A DNA stretch of 64,000 nt from an uncultured Verrucomicrobiae bacterium (GCA_963806855.1 CAWDYW010000003.1:448001-512000), one strand, 5' to 3'. Shown: positions 50,910 through 62,140, counted from the stretch's first letter. Notes: a model not told the origin generated them from the letters alone. Numbers and translations: made by a program.

Positions 50910-52733
50910 TTAGGCTTTAAGCAATTCGGTACTGTTTCTCCAAAATTCTCCGATCTTATTCGCGGTGAATGAGAGGGCATTTAAGGCCATTTCTTGATGT
51001 GAATAGACTCCATAGGCAACAGCTAACGAAGCTGTTCCGATAAGGGCGTTTTTTAGGGTCGCACTCTTTTGAACGAAGGTCCTGATTTTGTAACGCCATG
51101 AGAGGGGATTGCTCCCATATTGCCAATCGCCATTATTGTTAGGATGCTGAAGCAGTTCTCTTGGTAGATCGGTTAGTTGATTATTATAACAGTTAAAAGA
51201 TGCCAGACGAGTTAATTTGCCAATTTCGGGGGGCAGCGAGATGAGTTGATTGTGGGATAAGGACAGATAGTTTATCTGGGTGAACTCGCCGATTACGGAA
51301 GGCAATGAGGTAATGAAGTTATTAATGAGAGTAAGGCACTGTAAAAGAGGGAGTCTAATATGCTCGAGGGGAAAGGAAGTGAATAGATTATCATTTAAGT
51401 AAAGATGCCTTAAGGAGTTTAATTGGGACATCTCTTTGGGCAATGAGCTGAGATAATTAGAGTTCATCCCAATTTTTTCTAATTTTTCAAGTTGTCCTAT
51501 CATAGGAGGGAGTTCTTGGATTTGATTTCCGCTAAGAAAAAGGTGTGTTAATTCGAAGAGCTCGCCAATCTGTTGTGGGAATGATCGGAATAGGTTCTCG
51601 CTTATATCAAGGATTTGCAATTGTGAGAGCTTACCGATTTCAGCAGGCAAATTAGAAAGTTGATTTCCGCTGAGCTTGAGTTTTTTCAAACGAGAAAGAT
51701 CTCCGATCGTAGGCGGGATGGAGGTGAGGCAATTGCGTGAAACTTTTAGCTTAGTTAAGTTTGGAAGGCGGTCAATTCCAGTAGGCAATTCAGTCAGGTT
51801 ATTTCTGCTAAGATCAAGTTCGGTCAATCCAGTCAACGCTCCAATTTCTATAGGGAGTGAAGTGAGATCGCGTTTACTAATTCTTAAATGAGTCAACTGA
51901 GCGAGAGCTTCTCTGTGTTCATGAAACCAAGCAGGAAATTGGCCTGCAAAATGGAGAATATCTTCTAAGGTAAAAACATTCTCAAGTCCTGGAGGACGTG
52001 GCAATCTCAACGCTCGTATTAAAGAAGCCTGAAACATGCATGTGTCTCGGGCTTTGACCAAAGCATTATTTTCTCTCAACCATTGACGAAGCTCATTTGC
52101 TTTTTCGATCTCTAAAGATGAGGCAGGAAAATTCGGATCAAGATCAGGATATGCTAATTCTAATGCTATATTGGGGAAGTCACGAGGTATAGATTTTATG
52201 CGCCCAATAAGGCTTTTTAAATTTTTGAGATCATTATGCGCCTTAAGCCATTTCTGCATATGCTTGATCTCTTTAATTGTGGGCGCTTTCAGCATTCTTG
52301 TAATATCTGCCGGTCTATTTACGATGCTTTTTACTTCACATTGCAAATGCTTAATAAAGCGAAGTACTTGGTGATAAATAGGGAGGGAAGACTTATCGTT
52401 GATTGGGCAGTTGATCTGATTAGCAATGGATCGCCAGACTTGAGGGTCTGAGACAAATGCATTTGGACTCTTAGCCGTTCTGCTAAACTGAGCCAGTAAA
52501 GGGAGATCGAATCGAGAGAGCAACGCAACTTTAAGTTCATCAGGCAATTCTGCAAAATCAAGCAGGGGGGGCGCTTCTGGCGTCACTACAGGATCGATGG
52601 CAGGGGGAGTGGATGGAATTATTTTTGTATAGACTGTAGTAACCAACTTTGCCAGAGTTTCTCTTATCGAAAGCTCTTCGGTAGGTTGAGGCCAAGGTTG
52701 AAAAGGCTGTCTTTCAATTATTTTTGTTGTCAT
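50910..52733 (-). CDS. F-box plus LRR protein
   Basis: DFAELPDELKVALLSRFD F-box; about 11 LRRs; C-terminal hydrophobic segment. Confidence 0.85.
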   Translation of the reverse strand: MTTKIIERQPFQPWPQPTEELSIRETLAKLVTTVYTKIIPSTPPAIDPVVTPEAPPLLDFAELPDELKVALLSRFDLPLLAQFSRTAKSPNAFVSDPQVWRSIANQINCPINDKSSLPIYHQVLRFIKHLQCEVKSIVNRPADITRMLKAPTIKEIKHMQKWLKAHNDLKNLKSLIGRIKSIPRDFPNIALELAYPDLDPNFPASSLEIEKANELRQWLRENNALVKARDTCMFQASLIRALRLPRPPGLENVFTLEDILHFAGQFPAWFHEHREALAQLTHLRISKRDLTSLPIEIGALTGLTELDLSRNNLTELPTGIDRLPNLTKLKVSRNCLTSIPPTIGDLSRLKKLKLSGNQLSNLPAEIGKLSQLQILDISENLFRSFPQQIGELFELTHLFLSGNQIQELPPMIGQLEKLEKIGMNSNYLSSLPKEMSQLNSLRHLYLNDNLFTSFPLEHIRLPLLQCLTLINNFITSLPSVIGEFTQINYLSLSHNQLISLPPEIGKLTRLASFNCYNNQLTDLPRELLQHPNNNGDWQYGSNPLSWRYKIRTFVQKSATLKNALIGTASLAVAYGVYSHQEMALNALSFTANKIGEFWRNSTELLKA

Positions 52734-52863
52734 TTTAATTAATTATATTAAATTTGATATTAAATTTCTATATAAACAATTTTTTTATTTACGCAATAGT
52801 CGAAGACTATTGAGCCCTAAGATTACTTTTGGGGGGCCAAGGTATAATTCCCGTGCAGGGACT

Positions 52864-54676
52864 TTAGGCTATAAGCACTTCGGTACTGTTTCTCCAAAAT
52901 TCTCCGATCTTATTCGCGGTGAATGAGAGGGCATTTAAGGCCATTTCTTGCTGTGAATAGACCCCATAGGCAACAGCTAACAAACCTCCTCCGATGAGGG
53001 CATTTTTTAGTGTCGCATTCCGTGGGATGAAGGTCCTGATTTTGAAACGCCATGATAGGGGATTGCTCCCATGATGCCAAGAGCGGTTATAATTAGGATG
53101 CTGAAGAAGTTCACTTGGTAGATCGGTCAGTCGATTATTAGAACAGTCAAATAATTTCAGGCGCGTTAATTTGCCAATTTCGGGGGCCAATGAGATGAGG
53201 CGATTGTGAGATATGTACAGATGTTCCATCTGGGGAAACTCGCCGATTACGGAAGGCAATGAGGTGATGAAGTTACGAGCGAGACAAAGATCCTCTAAAA
53301 GCGGGAGTCTAATCTGCTCGAGGGGAAAGGAAGTGAATATATTATCATGTAGGTTAAGAATCTTCAAGGAGTTCAATTGGGACATCTCTATGGGTAATGA
53401 GCTGAGATAATTAAAGCTCAGCCCAATTTCTAATATCTTGCCAAGTTGTCCTATTGTAGAAGGGAGTTCTTGGATTTGATTTCCAGAAAGAATAAGATTT
53501 GTTAATTCGCGCAGTTCGCCAATCTGCTTTGGCAATGATCTGAGTTGGTTCCCGCGTACATCAAGGTGTAGCAATTTTGAGAGTTTGCCGAGTTCAGCTG
53601 GCAAATTAGAAAGTTGATTTCCTCTGAGGTCTAGGATTTGCAAATGAGGAAGATTTCCGATTGTAGGTGGGATGGAGGTGAGGCAATTGTCTGAAAGATC
53701 AAGTTCAGCCAAATTAGTAAGACGGTCAATTCCAGAAGGCAATTCAGTCAGGTTATTTCCGCTAAGATCAAGTTCGGTTAATCCAGTCAACGCCCCAATT
53801 TCTATAGGGAGTGAAGTGAGATTGCGGCTACTAATTCCTAATTGAGTCAACTGAGCGAGAGCTTCTCTGTGTTCATGAAACCAAGCAGGAAATTGGCCTG
53901 CCAAATTGATCACATCTTCTAAGGTAATCACATTCTCAATGCCTGGAGGAGGAGGCAATCGCAACGCTTGTAATAATGCCGCCCAAAATACGAACGTATT
54001 ATGTGCTTTGACCAAAGCTTTATTTTCCCGTAACCATTGACGAAGCTCATTTTCTTTTTCGATTTCTAAAGATGAGGTAGGAAAATTGGGTTCAAGATCA
54101 GGATAACCTAATTGTAATGCTAAATTGGGGAATCCACGAAGGCCGGTTCTTATGTTGCTAATAATGCTGCTTAATTTTTTGAGATCATTATGCGCCTTAA
54201 GCCATTTCTGCATATGCTTGATCTCTTCAATTGTGGGCGCTTTCAGCATTCTTGTTATGTCGTCGGGTCGCTTATTGATTTTTTCTATTTCAGATCGCAA
54301 ATGGCTAATAAAGCGAAGCACTTGGTGAAGAGGACTTGTTGTTGATCGGGCAGTTGATCTGATTAGCAATGGATCGCCAGACTTGATGGTCAGACGCAAA
54401 TGCATTTGGACTCTTAGCCGTTCTGCTAAACTGAGCCAGTAAAGGGAGATCGAATCGAGAGAGCAACGCAACTTTAAGTTCATCAGGCAGTTCTGCAAAA
54501 TCAAGCAGAGGAGTCGCTTCTGGCGTCACTACAGGAGCGATAGCAGGGGGAGTAGATGGAAATATTTTTGTATAGACTGTAGTAACCAACGTTGCCTGAG
54601 ATTCTCTTATCGAAAGTTCCTGAGTAGGTTGAGGCCAAGGTTGAAAAGGCTGTCTTTCAATTATTTTTGTTGTCAT
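52864..54676 (-). pseudogene. Tandem F-box-LRR paralogue with an 11-nt deletion near 54330
   Basis: N-terminus nearly identical to 50910-52733; frame broken at NKSS/HQV. Confidence 0.8.
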
Positions 54677-54726
54677 TTTAATTAATTATATTAAATTTGA
54701 CATTAAAGTTATATATAAACATTTTT

Positions 54727-56643
54727 TTATTTACGCAATAGTCGTAAGCTATTGAGCCCTACAATTACTGTTCCCCCTTCATGGAGGATGACGGCGAGCC
54801 AGAGGGGGATATACCCGAGGAGGGCGGGGGTGGTGGCCAGGCAGATGACGGCGAGGGCCAAGATCAGGTTTTGCTTGACGATGCCGACTGTTTGGTGGGA
54901 TTTGGAGATGAGCCAATCGAGGAGCGAGAGGTCATCTTTGAGGAAGACGACATCGGAGGCGTCGACGGCAGTCGCGCTGCCGATTTTGCCCATCGAGATG
55001 CCGACGGTGGCGCGGGCGAGCGAGGGGGCGTCGTTGATCCCATCGCCGACCATGATGAGTCCATTTTCGAGAGAGAGCTCGGTCACTTTGTTCAATTTAT
55101 CTTCGGGACGGAGGTTGGCGAAAACGGTGGGGATGTTGAGGGTGCGGGCGACGATCTGGGCGTTCTCTGTATGGTCGCCGGTGAGCATCACGCAGGAGAG
55201 TTTTTTGGAGAGGGTCGTCACAGCCTCGAGTGATTCGGGACGGATGTCGTCGGTAAAATGGAAGACGAAGACCGATTTCCCGATGCGCAGAAAGGTATTT
55301 TGGGTTTTCCACTGTATTGGAGGCAGTGGCTCTCCGATGTAGTCTGGATGGCCTATGAAGACTTCTTCTTGGCCGACTTTGCCTTGGAGGCCGTAACCAG
55401 GGACGCTTTTAAATTCGGCAATTTCAAGGGGAGCGATTTTTCTCTCGGCGGCGAGGTTTAAAATCGCTTCGCCGATGGGGTGGACAGCATGTTTTTCGAG
55501 GCCCGCTGCAATGGCGATCGCTCGTTCGACAGGGATGCCGCCATCTTTCAGCATCTCGGTGCCGGTGCAGGTCAGTTTGCCGGTGGTGAGGGTGCCGGTT
55601 TTGTCGAAGGCGATGATCGAGCAGCTTGCGAGGGCGTCGAGGAGGGTGCCCCCTTTGAGGAGGATCCCTTTGCGGGCGCAGCTGGAGATAGCGCTGAGGT
55701 AGGCGGTCGGTGTCGCGATGATCAGGGCGCAGGGCGATGCGGCGATGAGGAAGGTGAGGGCTCGGTAGATGGAGCCTTCATAGCCGAGGTAGGGCATCGC
55801 AAAGAGGAAGGGGAGGGCTAAAGCAAAAAAGAGCGAGAGGATGATGATGATGGTCGAGTACCATTTGCCAAAGCGGTCGAAGAGTCGTTCTAGGCGGGGT
55901 TTTGCTCCTTGGGCTTTGGTGATGAGGCTGATGATGCGGCCGAGGGTTGAGTCGGCGCTGCTGCGGGTGACAGTGAGGGTCAGGGTGCCATCGAGGTTAT
56001 AGGCGCCCGCTGGCACTTCATCGCCGATGCGTCTGGCCTGTGACTCTGTTTCGCCGGTGAGATGGGCGAGGTTGACAAACGAGCTGCCGGCGATCACTTT
56101 GCCATCGAGAGGGACCACTTCGCCCGCTTTGATCAGGATGGGTGTGTGGATGGCCACTTCGCGGATCGCTTTCTCGACCACGATCCCATCGGATTCGATG
56201 ACGAAAGCGGTTTTGGGGGAGAGGCGTTGCAGGGAGATGAGGGCGCTTTTGGTCTTTTCGGTCACCATGTTCTCCATCGCGGCCGAAAATTCGAAGAGGA
56301 CGAGCAGGAGTGCCCCTTCGATGCCGCTTCCGATGAGGACCGAGAGGAGGGCGGCGAGGGTCATCAAGACATCGATGTTGATTTCAAAATTGCGCAGGTC
56401 TTCGAAGGAGTTGAGCAGGGCTGGGGTGCCGACGAGAAAATAGACCGAGGCGAGGCAAAGGTTTGAAGCATGGGGATTGATGAACGAGAGGGTAAATGCA
56501 ACCGCAAGGAGCAGGGCGGCAAACAAGGCGCTTTTGAGCGAGAGGTTTTTGCCCCAGCTGCGCGATTTGGGGGTGAGGAAGGGGCTGATCGACTCATCGC
56601 GACCAGAGGCAAAAAATTCATCAAAAATGTAGGGGTTGCTCAT
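54727..56643 (-). CDS. cadA: Heavy-metal P1B-type ATPase
   Basis: TGE, SPC, DKTGT, HP and GDGINDAP motifs. Confidence 0.92.
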   Translation of the reverse strand: MSNPYIFDEFFASGRDESISPFLTPKSRSWGKNLSLKSALFAALLLAVAFTLSFINPHASNLCLASVYFLVGTPALLNSFEDLRNFEINIDVLMTLAALLSVLIGSGIEGALLLVLFEFSAAMENMVTEKTKSALISLQRLSPKTAFVIESDGIVVEKAIREVAIHTPILIKAGEVVPLDGKVIAGSSFVNLAHLTGETESQARRIGDEVPAGAYNLDGTLTLTVTRSSADSTLGRIISLITKAQGAKPRLERLFDRFGKWYSTIIIILSLFFALALPFLFAMPYLGYEGSIYRALTFLIAASPCALIIATPTAYLSAISSCARKGILLKGGTLLDALASCSIIAFDKTGTLTTGKLTCTGTEMLKDGGIPVERAIAIAAGLEKHAVHPIGEAILNLAAERKIAPLEIAEFKSVPGYGLQGKVGQEEVFIGHPDYIGEPLPPIQWKTQNTFLRIGKSVFVFHFTDDIRPESLEAVTTLSKKLSCVMLTGDHTENAQIVARTLNIPTVFANLRPEDKLNKVTELSLENGLIMVGDGINDAPSLARATVGISMGKIGSATAVDASDVVFLKDDLSLLDWLISKSHQTVGIVKQNLILALAVICLATTPALLGYIPLWLAVILHEGGTVIVGLNSLRLLRK

Positions 56644-57386
56644 ACAATCAATCGGGTGAGGAAATAGGCTCCAGCACAAGCAAAGGCGGCGAGAGCGAGG
56701 TTCCAAACCACATGGGTAATTTGTTTTCGTTTCTCAAAGCGGGCAGTCAGGTTTGAGGTAATGATGAGGATGAGCGCGGCTACAACAGGAACGCCAAAAG
56801 TAGGGAAAAAGGTTAAGGCGAGCGTCGCAGCAGTGGCGCAGATAAGGGTGCCGAGGAATGCGCCAAAGGCCTGTTTTAGCGGGTGTTCGATCACTTCGAG
56901 GGTGAGGCCAAGCTCCTCTTCAAGCATGACGCGGAGGAGTCGATTATCATCGGCCATCAGCACGTCGACCACTTCGTCGAGCAGCTTGCCGGAAAACCCT
57001 TTTACTTCATACATCTCGCGCAGTTCTTGGCCTTCTTGCTCGCGATGGTGCTCGATTTCGTACCGCTCTTCTTCAATAAGGCGATGGACCCGCTCTAAAC
57101 GCGAGTAGCCGAGGAGCGCACTGCGGCCCGTTTTCCAGATGAGCCACCCAAATCCAAAAGCGATGAAGATCGTGAGGAGGGGAAGGGATAGGGCCGAGGC
57201 GACTGCCCATAGAATGAGGTAGGCGAGGGCTGTCTCATTGGCGCTATCGGCACCGGCGAACAAATGGCCGGGGAGCTCAATACCGTGTGTTTCGGCAGTC
57301 GCTTTAGCTCCTCGCTCGCGCGCATTTTTGAGGTGCTCGAAGACCGATTGCCCTTGGAAGTGCTCCGGCGGGGTGTGGTGGGTCAT
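56640..57386 (-). CDS. VIT1/CCC1-family protein
   Basis: E..EIE...E..EL..MY..KGF...MLEEELG motif; TM helices. Confidence 0.8.
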   Translation of the reverse strand: MTHHTPPEHFQGQSVFEHLKNARERGAKATAETHGIELPGHLFAGADSANETALAYLILWAVASALSLPLLTIFIAFGFGWLIWKTGRSALLGYSRLERVHRLIEEERYEIEHHREQEGQELREMYEVKGFSGKLLDEVVDVLMADDNRLLRVMLEEELGLTLEVIEHPLKQAFGAFLGTLICATAATLALTFFPTFGVPVVAALILIITSNLTARFEKRKQITHVVWNLALAAFACAGAYFLTRLIV

Positions 57387-58657
57387 AGGCCACCCTGGAT
57401 GAAATAGGTGAGCAGCGCACACATATCGACGTGATCTTGGCAGGCGATCACTTCACGCGCGGCATGCATCGAGAGCTCGGGGATGCCGATGTCGACCGTC
57501 TCGATGCCCAATTTGGAAGCGAAAATCGGTCCGACGGTCGATCCTGCCATATTGTCCGACCGGTTGACAAATTTTTGGCATTTGAGGTCGAGCAGTTGGC
57601 AGAGGTGGGAGATGAAGGCCCCTGTTTTTCCATTCGATGTGTAGCGCATATCGGCGTTGTATTTGATCGTGATCCCTTCTCCGAGTAAGGGGGCGTGGTT
57701 CGGATCGTACTTGTTTTCGTAATTCGGGTTGAGGGCATGCGACACGTCGACCGAGAGGCAGAGGGAATTGCGCCGAAGGATAATCTCCTCTTCGACATTC
57801 AATTGATAGAAATCGCATATTCGACAGTAGATATCGTGGAAGAAGGTCGATTCCGCGCCGATCTGCGTCGACGAGCCGACCTCTTCGTGATCCCAGAAAA
57901 TCCCCATCGAGAGCACATCAGGAGAAGGGGTTTTGAGATTGCCTAAAGCAACGAGACCAGCATGGGTGCTACTGAGATTGTCGAGTCGATAGCTGGCGAG
58001 CATCTCTCCATTTTTCCCTATGAAGCGTGGACTCTCAATCGGCACGAGAAAGAGATCGAAATCTAAAAGCGCATGGAATGAATGTTGCTCCCGAATAAGA
58101 CTCTCCACATAATTTTTCTCGAATTTTAAGGAGGCCACTGGGGAAAGATGATCCTGTTTGTTGAGCTCGAGACCCTTTTTAAAGGCTTCTCGATCCAAAT
58201 GGGGAGCGAGCACCGGGATGATGACCGGCGCGTCATCGAGCAGTACGAGCAACTCTTCGATCTCTCCATCCTCTCGCTCGACGATTACACGGCCTGCTAT
58301 GGCTAAATCTCGATTAGTCCAAGTGGGGAGGATCGGAGCCCCATAAACTTCGACGCCAAGCTGCACCATGTTCTTTTTTTCGATCTCTGGATGGGGTTTG
58401 AGCTTGAGAGCGGGACTATCGGTGTGGGCAGCAAGGATGGACATCCGATCGAGCCGCTCCGTTGGCAGAGCAAATGCTGCGATCGATCCATCTTGGATGG
58501 CGAAGTACTTTTTCCCTCTTTCTAGTTTCCATTTCTCTTCCGGATAGAGCGGAATGAAGTCGAGCGAGGCGAGCCGGTTGCTCATCTCGATCGCCGCATG
58601 CCACGACGTGGGAGAGTGGGTTAGAAAATCAGAAAGATCGTCTAATAAGTGGGTCAT
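57383..58657 (-). CDS. M18 aspartyl aminopeptidase
   Basis: AHTDSP, RLDNL, DHEEVGS and LSMH motifs. Confidence 0.9.
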   Translation of the reverse strand: MTHLLDDLSDFLTHSPTSWHAAIEMSNRLASLDFIPLYPEEKWKLERGKKYFAIQDGSIAAFALPTERLDRMSILAAHTDSPALKLKPHPEIEKKNMVQLGVEVYGAPILPTWTNRDLAIAGRVIVEREDGEIEELLVLLDDAPVIIPVLAPHLDREAFKKGLELNKQDHLSPVASLKFEKNYVESLIREQHSFHALLDFDLFLVPIESPRFIGKNGEMLASYRLDNLSSTHAGLVALGNLKTPSPDVLSMGIFWDHEEVGSSTQIGAESTFFHDIYCRICDFYQLNVEEEIILRRNSLCLSVDVSHALNPNYENKYDPNHAPLLGEGITIKYNADMRYTSNGKTGAFISHLCQLLDLKCQKFVNRSDNMAGSTVGPIFASKLGIETVDIGIPELSMHAAREVIACQDHVDMCALLTYFIQGGL

Positions 58658-59931
58658 GAGGGGGTCAGCTCCTTCATTCCGTTGAGATATTTATGCAATA
58701 CGAGCGGGATCGCCACCGAGCCATCTTCCCGTTGATTGTTTTCCAAGAGGGCCACCATCAAGCGGGAGGTCGCCAGTCCCGATCCATTCAATGTATGACA
58801 CAATTCAGGTTTTTCTTGCTTGATTTTGTAGCGGGTCTGCGATCTTCGCGCTTGGAAATCGGTGCAATGAGAAACCGATGAGACCTCGTAGTACCGGTTT
58901 TGCCCTGGCAGCCACACCTCTAAGTCGATCGTCTTCGCCGCAGCAAAAGACATATCGCCTGTCACGAGTTCAGTTGTCCTGAAGTGGAGTCCCAATCCAG
59001 CGATCAACGTTTCAGCAGCATTCAACATCTCTTGGTAAATCGGCTCGCTTTGCTCATGGGTAGTGAAGGCAAACATCTCCACCTTGTTGAATTGGTGCAT
59101 CCGAATAAGTCCCCGTTCCTGCGCCCCCAATCCTCCGGCTTCTCTTCTGAAACAAGGAGTATAGGCGACATATTTGAGCGGCAGCTCCTCTCCATCGAGA
59201 ATTTCATTGTAGTGAAGACCCATCAAAGCCATTTCGGCAGTCGGAATCAAATACAAATGGTAGTCTTCGTCCTGCAATTTAAAGAGCTGATTCTCAAATT
59301 TAGGCAAATTCCCTGCCCCAAATGCGATTTCGGGACGCACAAGCAAAGGGGGGAGCCAAAACTTAAATCCATTTTCCATATGGAAATCGAGCATGTAATT
59401 GAGCAGCGCCCACTCCAATTTCGCTCCATTGCCACAGTAGGCTGGCCAGCTGCTTCCAGACGTTTTTGCAGCCCGCTTGAAGTCAAACAGATGGAGCCGT
59501 TCGTTTAATTCGACATGATTCTTCGCTGCGAAGGCAAATTCAGGTTTTTGACCTGATACCCTTACGACCACATTGTCTTCGACATGATGGGAGACCTTGA
59601 TTTCAGGATTTGGCAAGTTGGGCAAGCGGGCGAGCAGATCGTCAAGGCTTTTCTCTTTCTCGGCCAGTTCCCTGTCAAGGGCCGCTGCTTCATCTCCGAG
59701 GCCAGCCACTTCTTCCATCTGTTCCGATGAGTCTATTCCAGCCCGTTTTTTTTCGCCGATTTCTTTCGAGAGCAAATTCCGTCTGCTTTTGATTTCTTCA
59801 GCTTTGGTCTTTAGGTGGCGCACCTCTTCATCGAGAGCGAGGATATAAGTGAGGTCGATGGTCGGATCTTTACTTTTGAGTCTTGTTTCGATTGCGACCG
59901 GATCTTTGCGCAAGAGTTTCATATCGAGCAT
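58654..59931 (-). CDS. serS: Serine--tRNA ligase
   Basis: MLD.K, PTAE, CFRREAG, HQFNKVE, EVSS and HTLNGSG motifs. Confidence 0.97.
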   Translation of the reverse strand: MLDMKLLRKDPVAIETRLKSKDPTIDLTYILALDEEVRHLKTKAEEIKSRRNLLSKEIGEKKRAGIDSSEQMEEVAGLGDEAAALDRELAEKEKSLDDLLARLPNLPNPEIKVSHHVEDNVVVRVSGQKPEFAFAAKNHVELNERLHLFDFKRAAKTSGSSWPAYCGNGAKLEWALLNYMLDFHMENGFKFWLPPLLVRPEIAFGAGNLPKFENQLFKLQDEDYHLYLIPTAEMALMGLHYNEILDGEELPLKYVAYTPCFRREAGGLGAQERGLIRMHQFNKVEMFAFTTHEQSEPIYQEMLNAAETLIAGLGLHFRTTELVTGDMSFAAAKTIDLEVWLPGQNRYYEVSSVSHCTDFQARRSQTRYKIKQEKPELCHTLNGSGLATSRLMVALLENNQREDGSVAIPLVLHKYLNGMKELTPS

Positions 59932-60012
59932 AATTGATTTCCTTTGAATAACATAAAAATTGTAATGGAAACTGGGGGTGGTTGTCAATGAATGGTTAGG
60001 GAGTGTTGGTTT

Positions 60013-60331
60013 GGGTTTCAATAGACATGTCGGGTGACACAGCACTCCGTGTCCGGTGTCCCCCGCGACCCCCTTGGGCCTCACCTCGCAAAGCAAAATC
60101 GTACCGCAGGAGAGCACCGCACCCCTAGACTTTATTGAACCGGTACAAATGAGAAATTGGGAAAAAAGAGTTAGGGTTCAGTGAAGTCTGGAGGGTGGGG
60201 CGTGGGAGGGTAGGACTCCGTCCACTCTCCCGACGAGGACACGATTTGGCAAAGCGAGGTGAGGCTCAAGAGGGGTCGCGGGGGACACCGGACACGGAGT
60301 GCTGTGTCACCCGACATGTCTATAGAAACCC
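60013..60331. repeat. About 320-bp element with long near-perfect terminal inverted repeats
   Basis: TAGACATGTCGGGTGACACAGCACTCCGTGTCCGGTGTCCCCCGCGACCCC and its exact reverse complement at the other end. Confidence 0.85.
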
Positions 60332-60344
60332 TAAACAATTCTTA

Positions 60345-60887
60345 TTATCCACTAATTCTAAGATTATATTTAGCGAGCGTGTCTTTGTCTTTGCTGAGGA
60401 TCATTTGGAGGAGGGCGCTGTCGGGGAGGTCCTTGAGGGGGACTTCACTCTTGTCATCGGTGATGCCGAGGAGGTGGAGATCGTGGATGATCTGCCGACG
60501 GGTTCCCCACTTCAGGGAAATGTTGGCCCCATTGAAAATTCCGAGACGGCCAAGCAAGAACTCGAATCGATTGGAATCGGTTAAGAGGCGCTTAAGATGC
60601 TCGATATTTTTATCGAACTGACTCCGCTCTTGCTGCCGGACTAGCTCCTTGGTGGCGTAGATGAGAAGGGGGACGCCGATGATGCTCACCATCAGGGCGA
60701 TTGCGACGAGGAAGGCAGCGGTATGGACGAGGGTCTTTTGGATGATCCCTTCAGAATTGCGGATCCAATAAATGATTCGCCCCATCCAGTTGTATTCCTT
60801 CCATGGACGCTCCATTTTTTTGATTTCATCATGCACTTCAATTGAAAAATCTTCGCGTTTGACTGGAATTGTAATGGTCGTTGTCAT
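60345..60887 (-). CDS. Hypothetical protein with a long hydrophobic segment (Inc-like candidate)
   Basis: AAFLVAIALMVSIIGVPLLIYA segment. Confidence 0.55.
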   Translation of the reverse strand: MTTTITIPVKREDFSIEVHDEIKKMERPWKEYNWMGRIIYWIRNSEGIIQKTLVHTAAFLVAIALMVSIIGVPLLIYATKELVRQQERSQFDKNIEHLKRLLTDSNRFEFLLGRLGIFNGANISLKWGTRRQIIHDLHLLGITDDKSEVPLKDLPDSALLQMILSKDKDTLAKYNLRISG

Positions 60888-61018
60888 GGATGTGCCCTAA
60901 AATTTTTTCTATAGAGCGATTATATCTGGGAGGGGAGTATAGTTCAATGAAGAAAAATATCCTTGAATGGGCGGCTAGTCTATGATAAAATTGGACTGTT
61001 TCCATGAGGTAAAACACT

Positions 61019-62140
61019 ATGACCACGTCTCGCAATCCCGAGCCAAAGAATCCGCTAATTTTGCGCTTTCATCGACTGATGGATGCTTTCGCAAAATCTG
61101 ATGATGAACGCGATTTCTATCTCGATAAGATTGAAGGGTTTATCCTTTTTGTCGACCTCGATAAAGGGCAGGATGATCTCGATGCCCTCGACAAAGAATT
61201 GCAAGAACATGCTGACCGGTATGTCCTTTTGCCAAAGCTGACTTTCTATGAATCAAAGAAATTCATGGAGGGATTTGTCAATGAAAAAGTTTATGATATT
61301 GATACGAAGGAGAAGCTGCTCGAAATCATCCAAGCGAAGGAATCGAGAGAGAACTTCCTCGAGTTCATTTACGACCATCTGACCGAACTCGAAAAATGGC
61401 AACAGTTCTATATCGAGCGCTCCCGTATTCGGATCATCGAATGGCTCCGCAATCAGGGGATCCATTTTGTATTCGAAGAGGATCTCGATCTGTCAAAAAG
61501 TTTAATTGAAAAGGTGAAGAAGCATCTCTTCGACACCAAAGTGCCCCGCGATATCACCGGGGCTAGAGAGGCTCTTGATGCCAAATCAAAAACCTATTAT
61601 TCCAACGAGGCACTCAATCCAAGACCCAAGCGAGGACGCCCACCCAAACAGGTGGCGAAGGTGGAATTGGAGCCGCAGTTTACGATGGATATTTATACGA
61701 CCGTCCCTGCTGTCGCCCGTCATTTCCTCTTTGTGCCCGACATCACAAGCGCAACTGGCATCACCTTCTCGTCCCGCTATGAGACCGAAGCTGATCTCTT
61801 GGCTAGCTTGCGAGGAAGCTCTCGCATTAAGGTCGATGAAAAACTACAAGCCCTCTCAGAGCGCTTGGAATCTCTCCGTCACATCTCATCTCGTCTTGCA
61901 GATCTCAAGGAAATAGTGCCGGAAGGGGAGGAGAAATTGATCCGCGCCGCCGCGATCACCTCCATTCCAGAAGAGGAAGAGACGCCCCAGAAGAAGAAGG
62001 GGATCATGCAGGTGGTCAAAGGATTCCTGCCTAAAAAGAAAACTGCTCCAAAAGTGGAAGAGGGCGAAGAAGGTAAACAGGTTGTCCGCCAAGCCAAGAC
62101 GGTTACCCCCATAAAGCAGAAAAAGGGGACGAAGAAATAG
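61019..62140 (+). CDS. UPF0158-family chlamydial protein
   Basis: DAF.KSDDERDFYLD..EG and EKWQQFY.ERSRIRIIEWL motifs. Confidence 0.8.
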   Translation: MTTSRNPEPKNPLILRFHRLMDAFAKSDDERDFYLDKIEGFILFVDLDKGQDDLDALDKELQEHADRYVLLPKLTFYESKKFMEGFVNEKVYDIDTKEKLLEIIQAKESRENFLEFIYDHLTELEKWQQFYIERSRIRIIEWLRNQGIHFVFEEDLDLSKSLIEKVKKHLFDTKVPRDITGAREALDAKSKTYYSNEALNPRPKRGRPPKQVAKVELEPQFTMDIYTTVPAVARHFLFVPDITSATGITFSSRYETEADLLASLRGSSRIKVDEKLQALSERLESLRHISSRLADLKEIVPEGEEKLIRAAAITSIPEEEETPQKKKGIMQVVKGFLPKKKTAPKVEEGEEGKQVVRQAKTVTPIKQKKGTKK

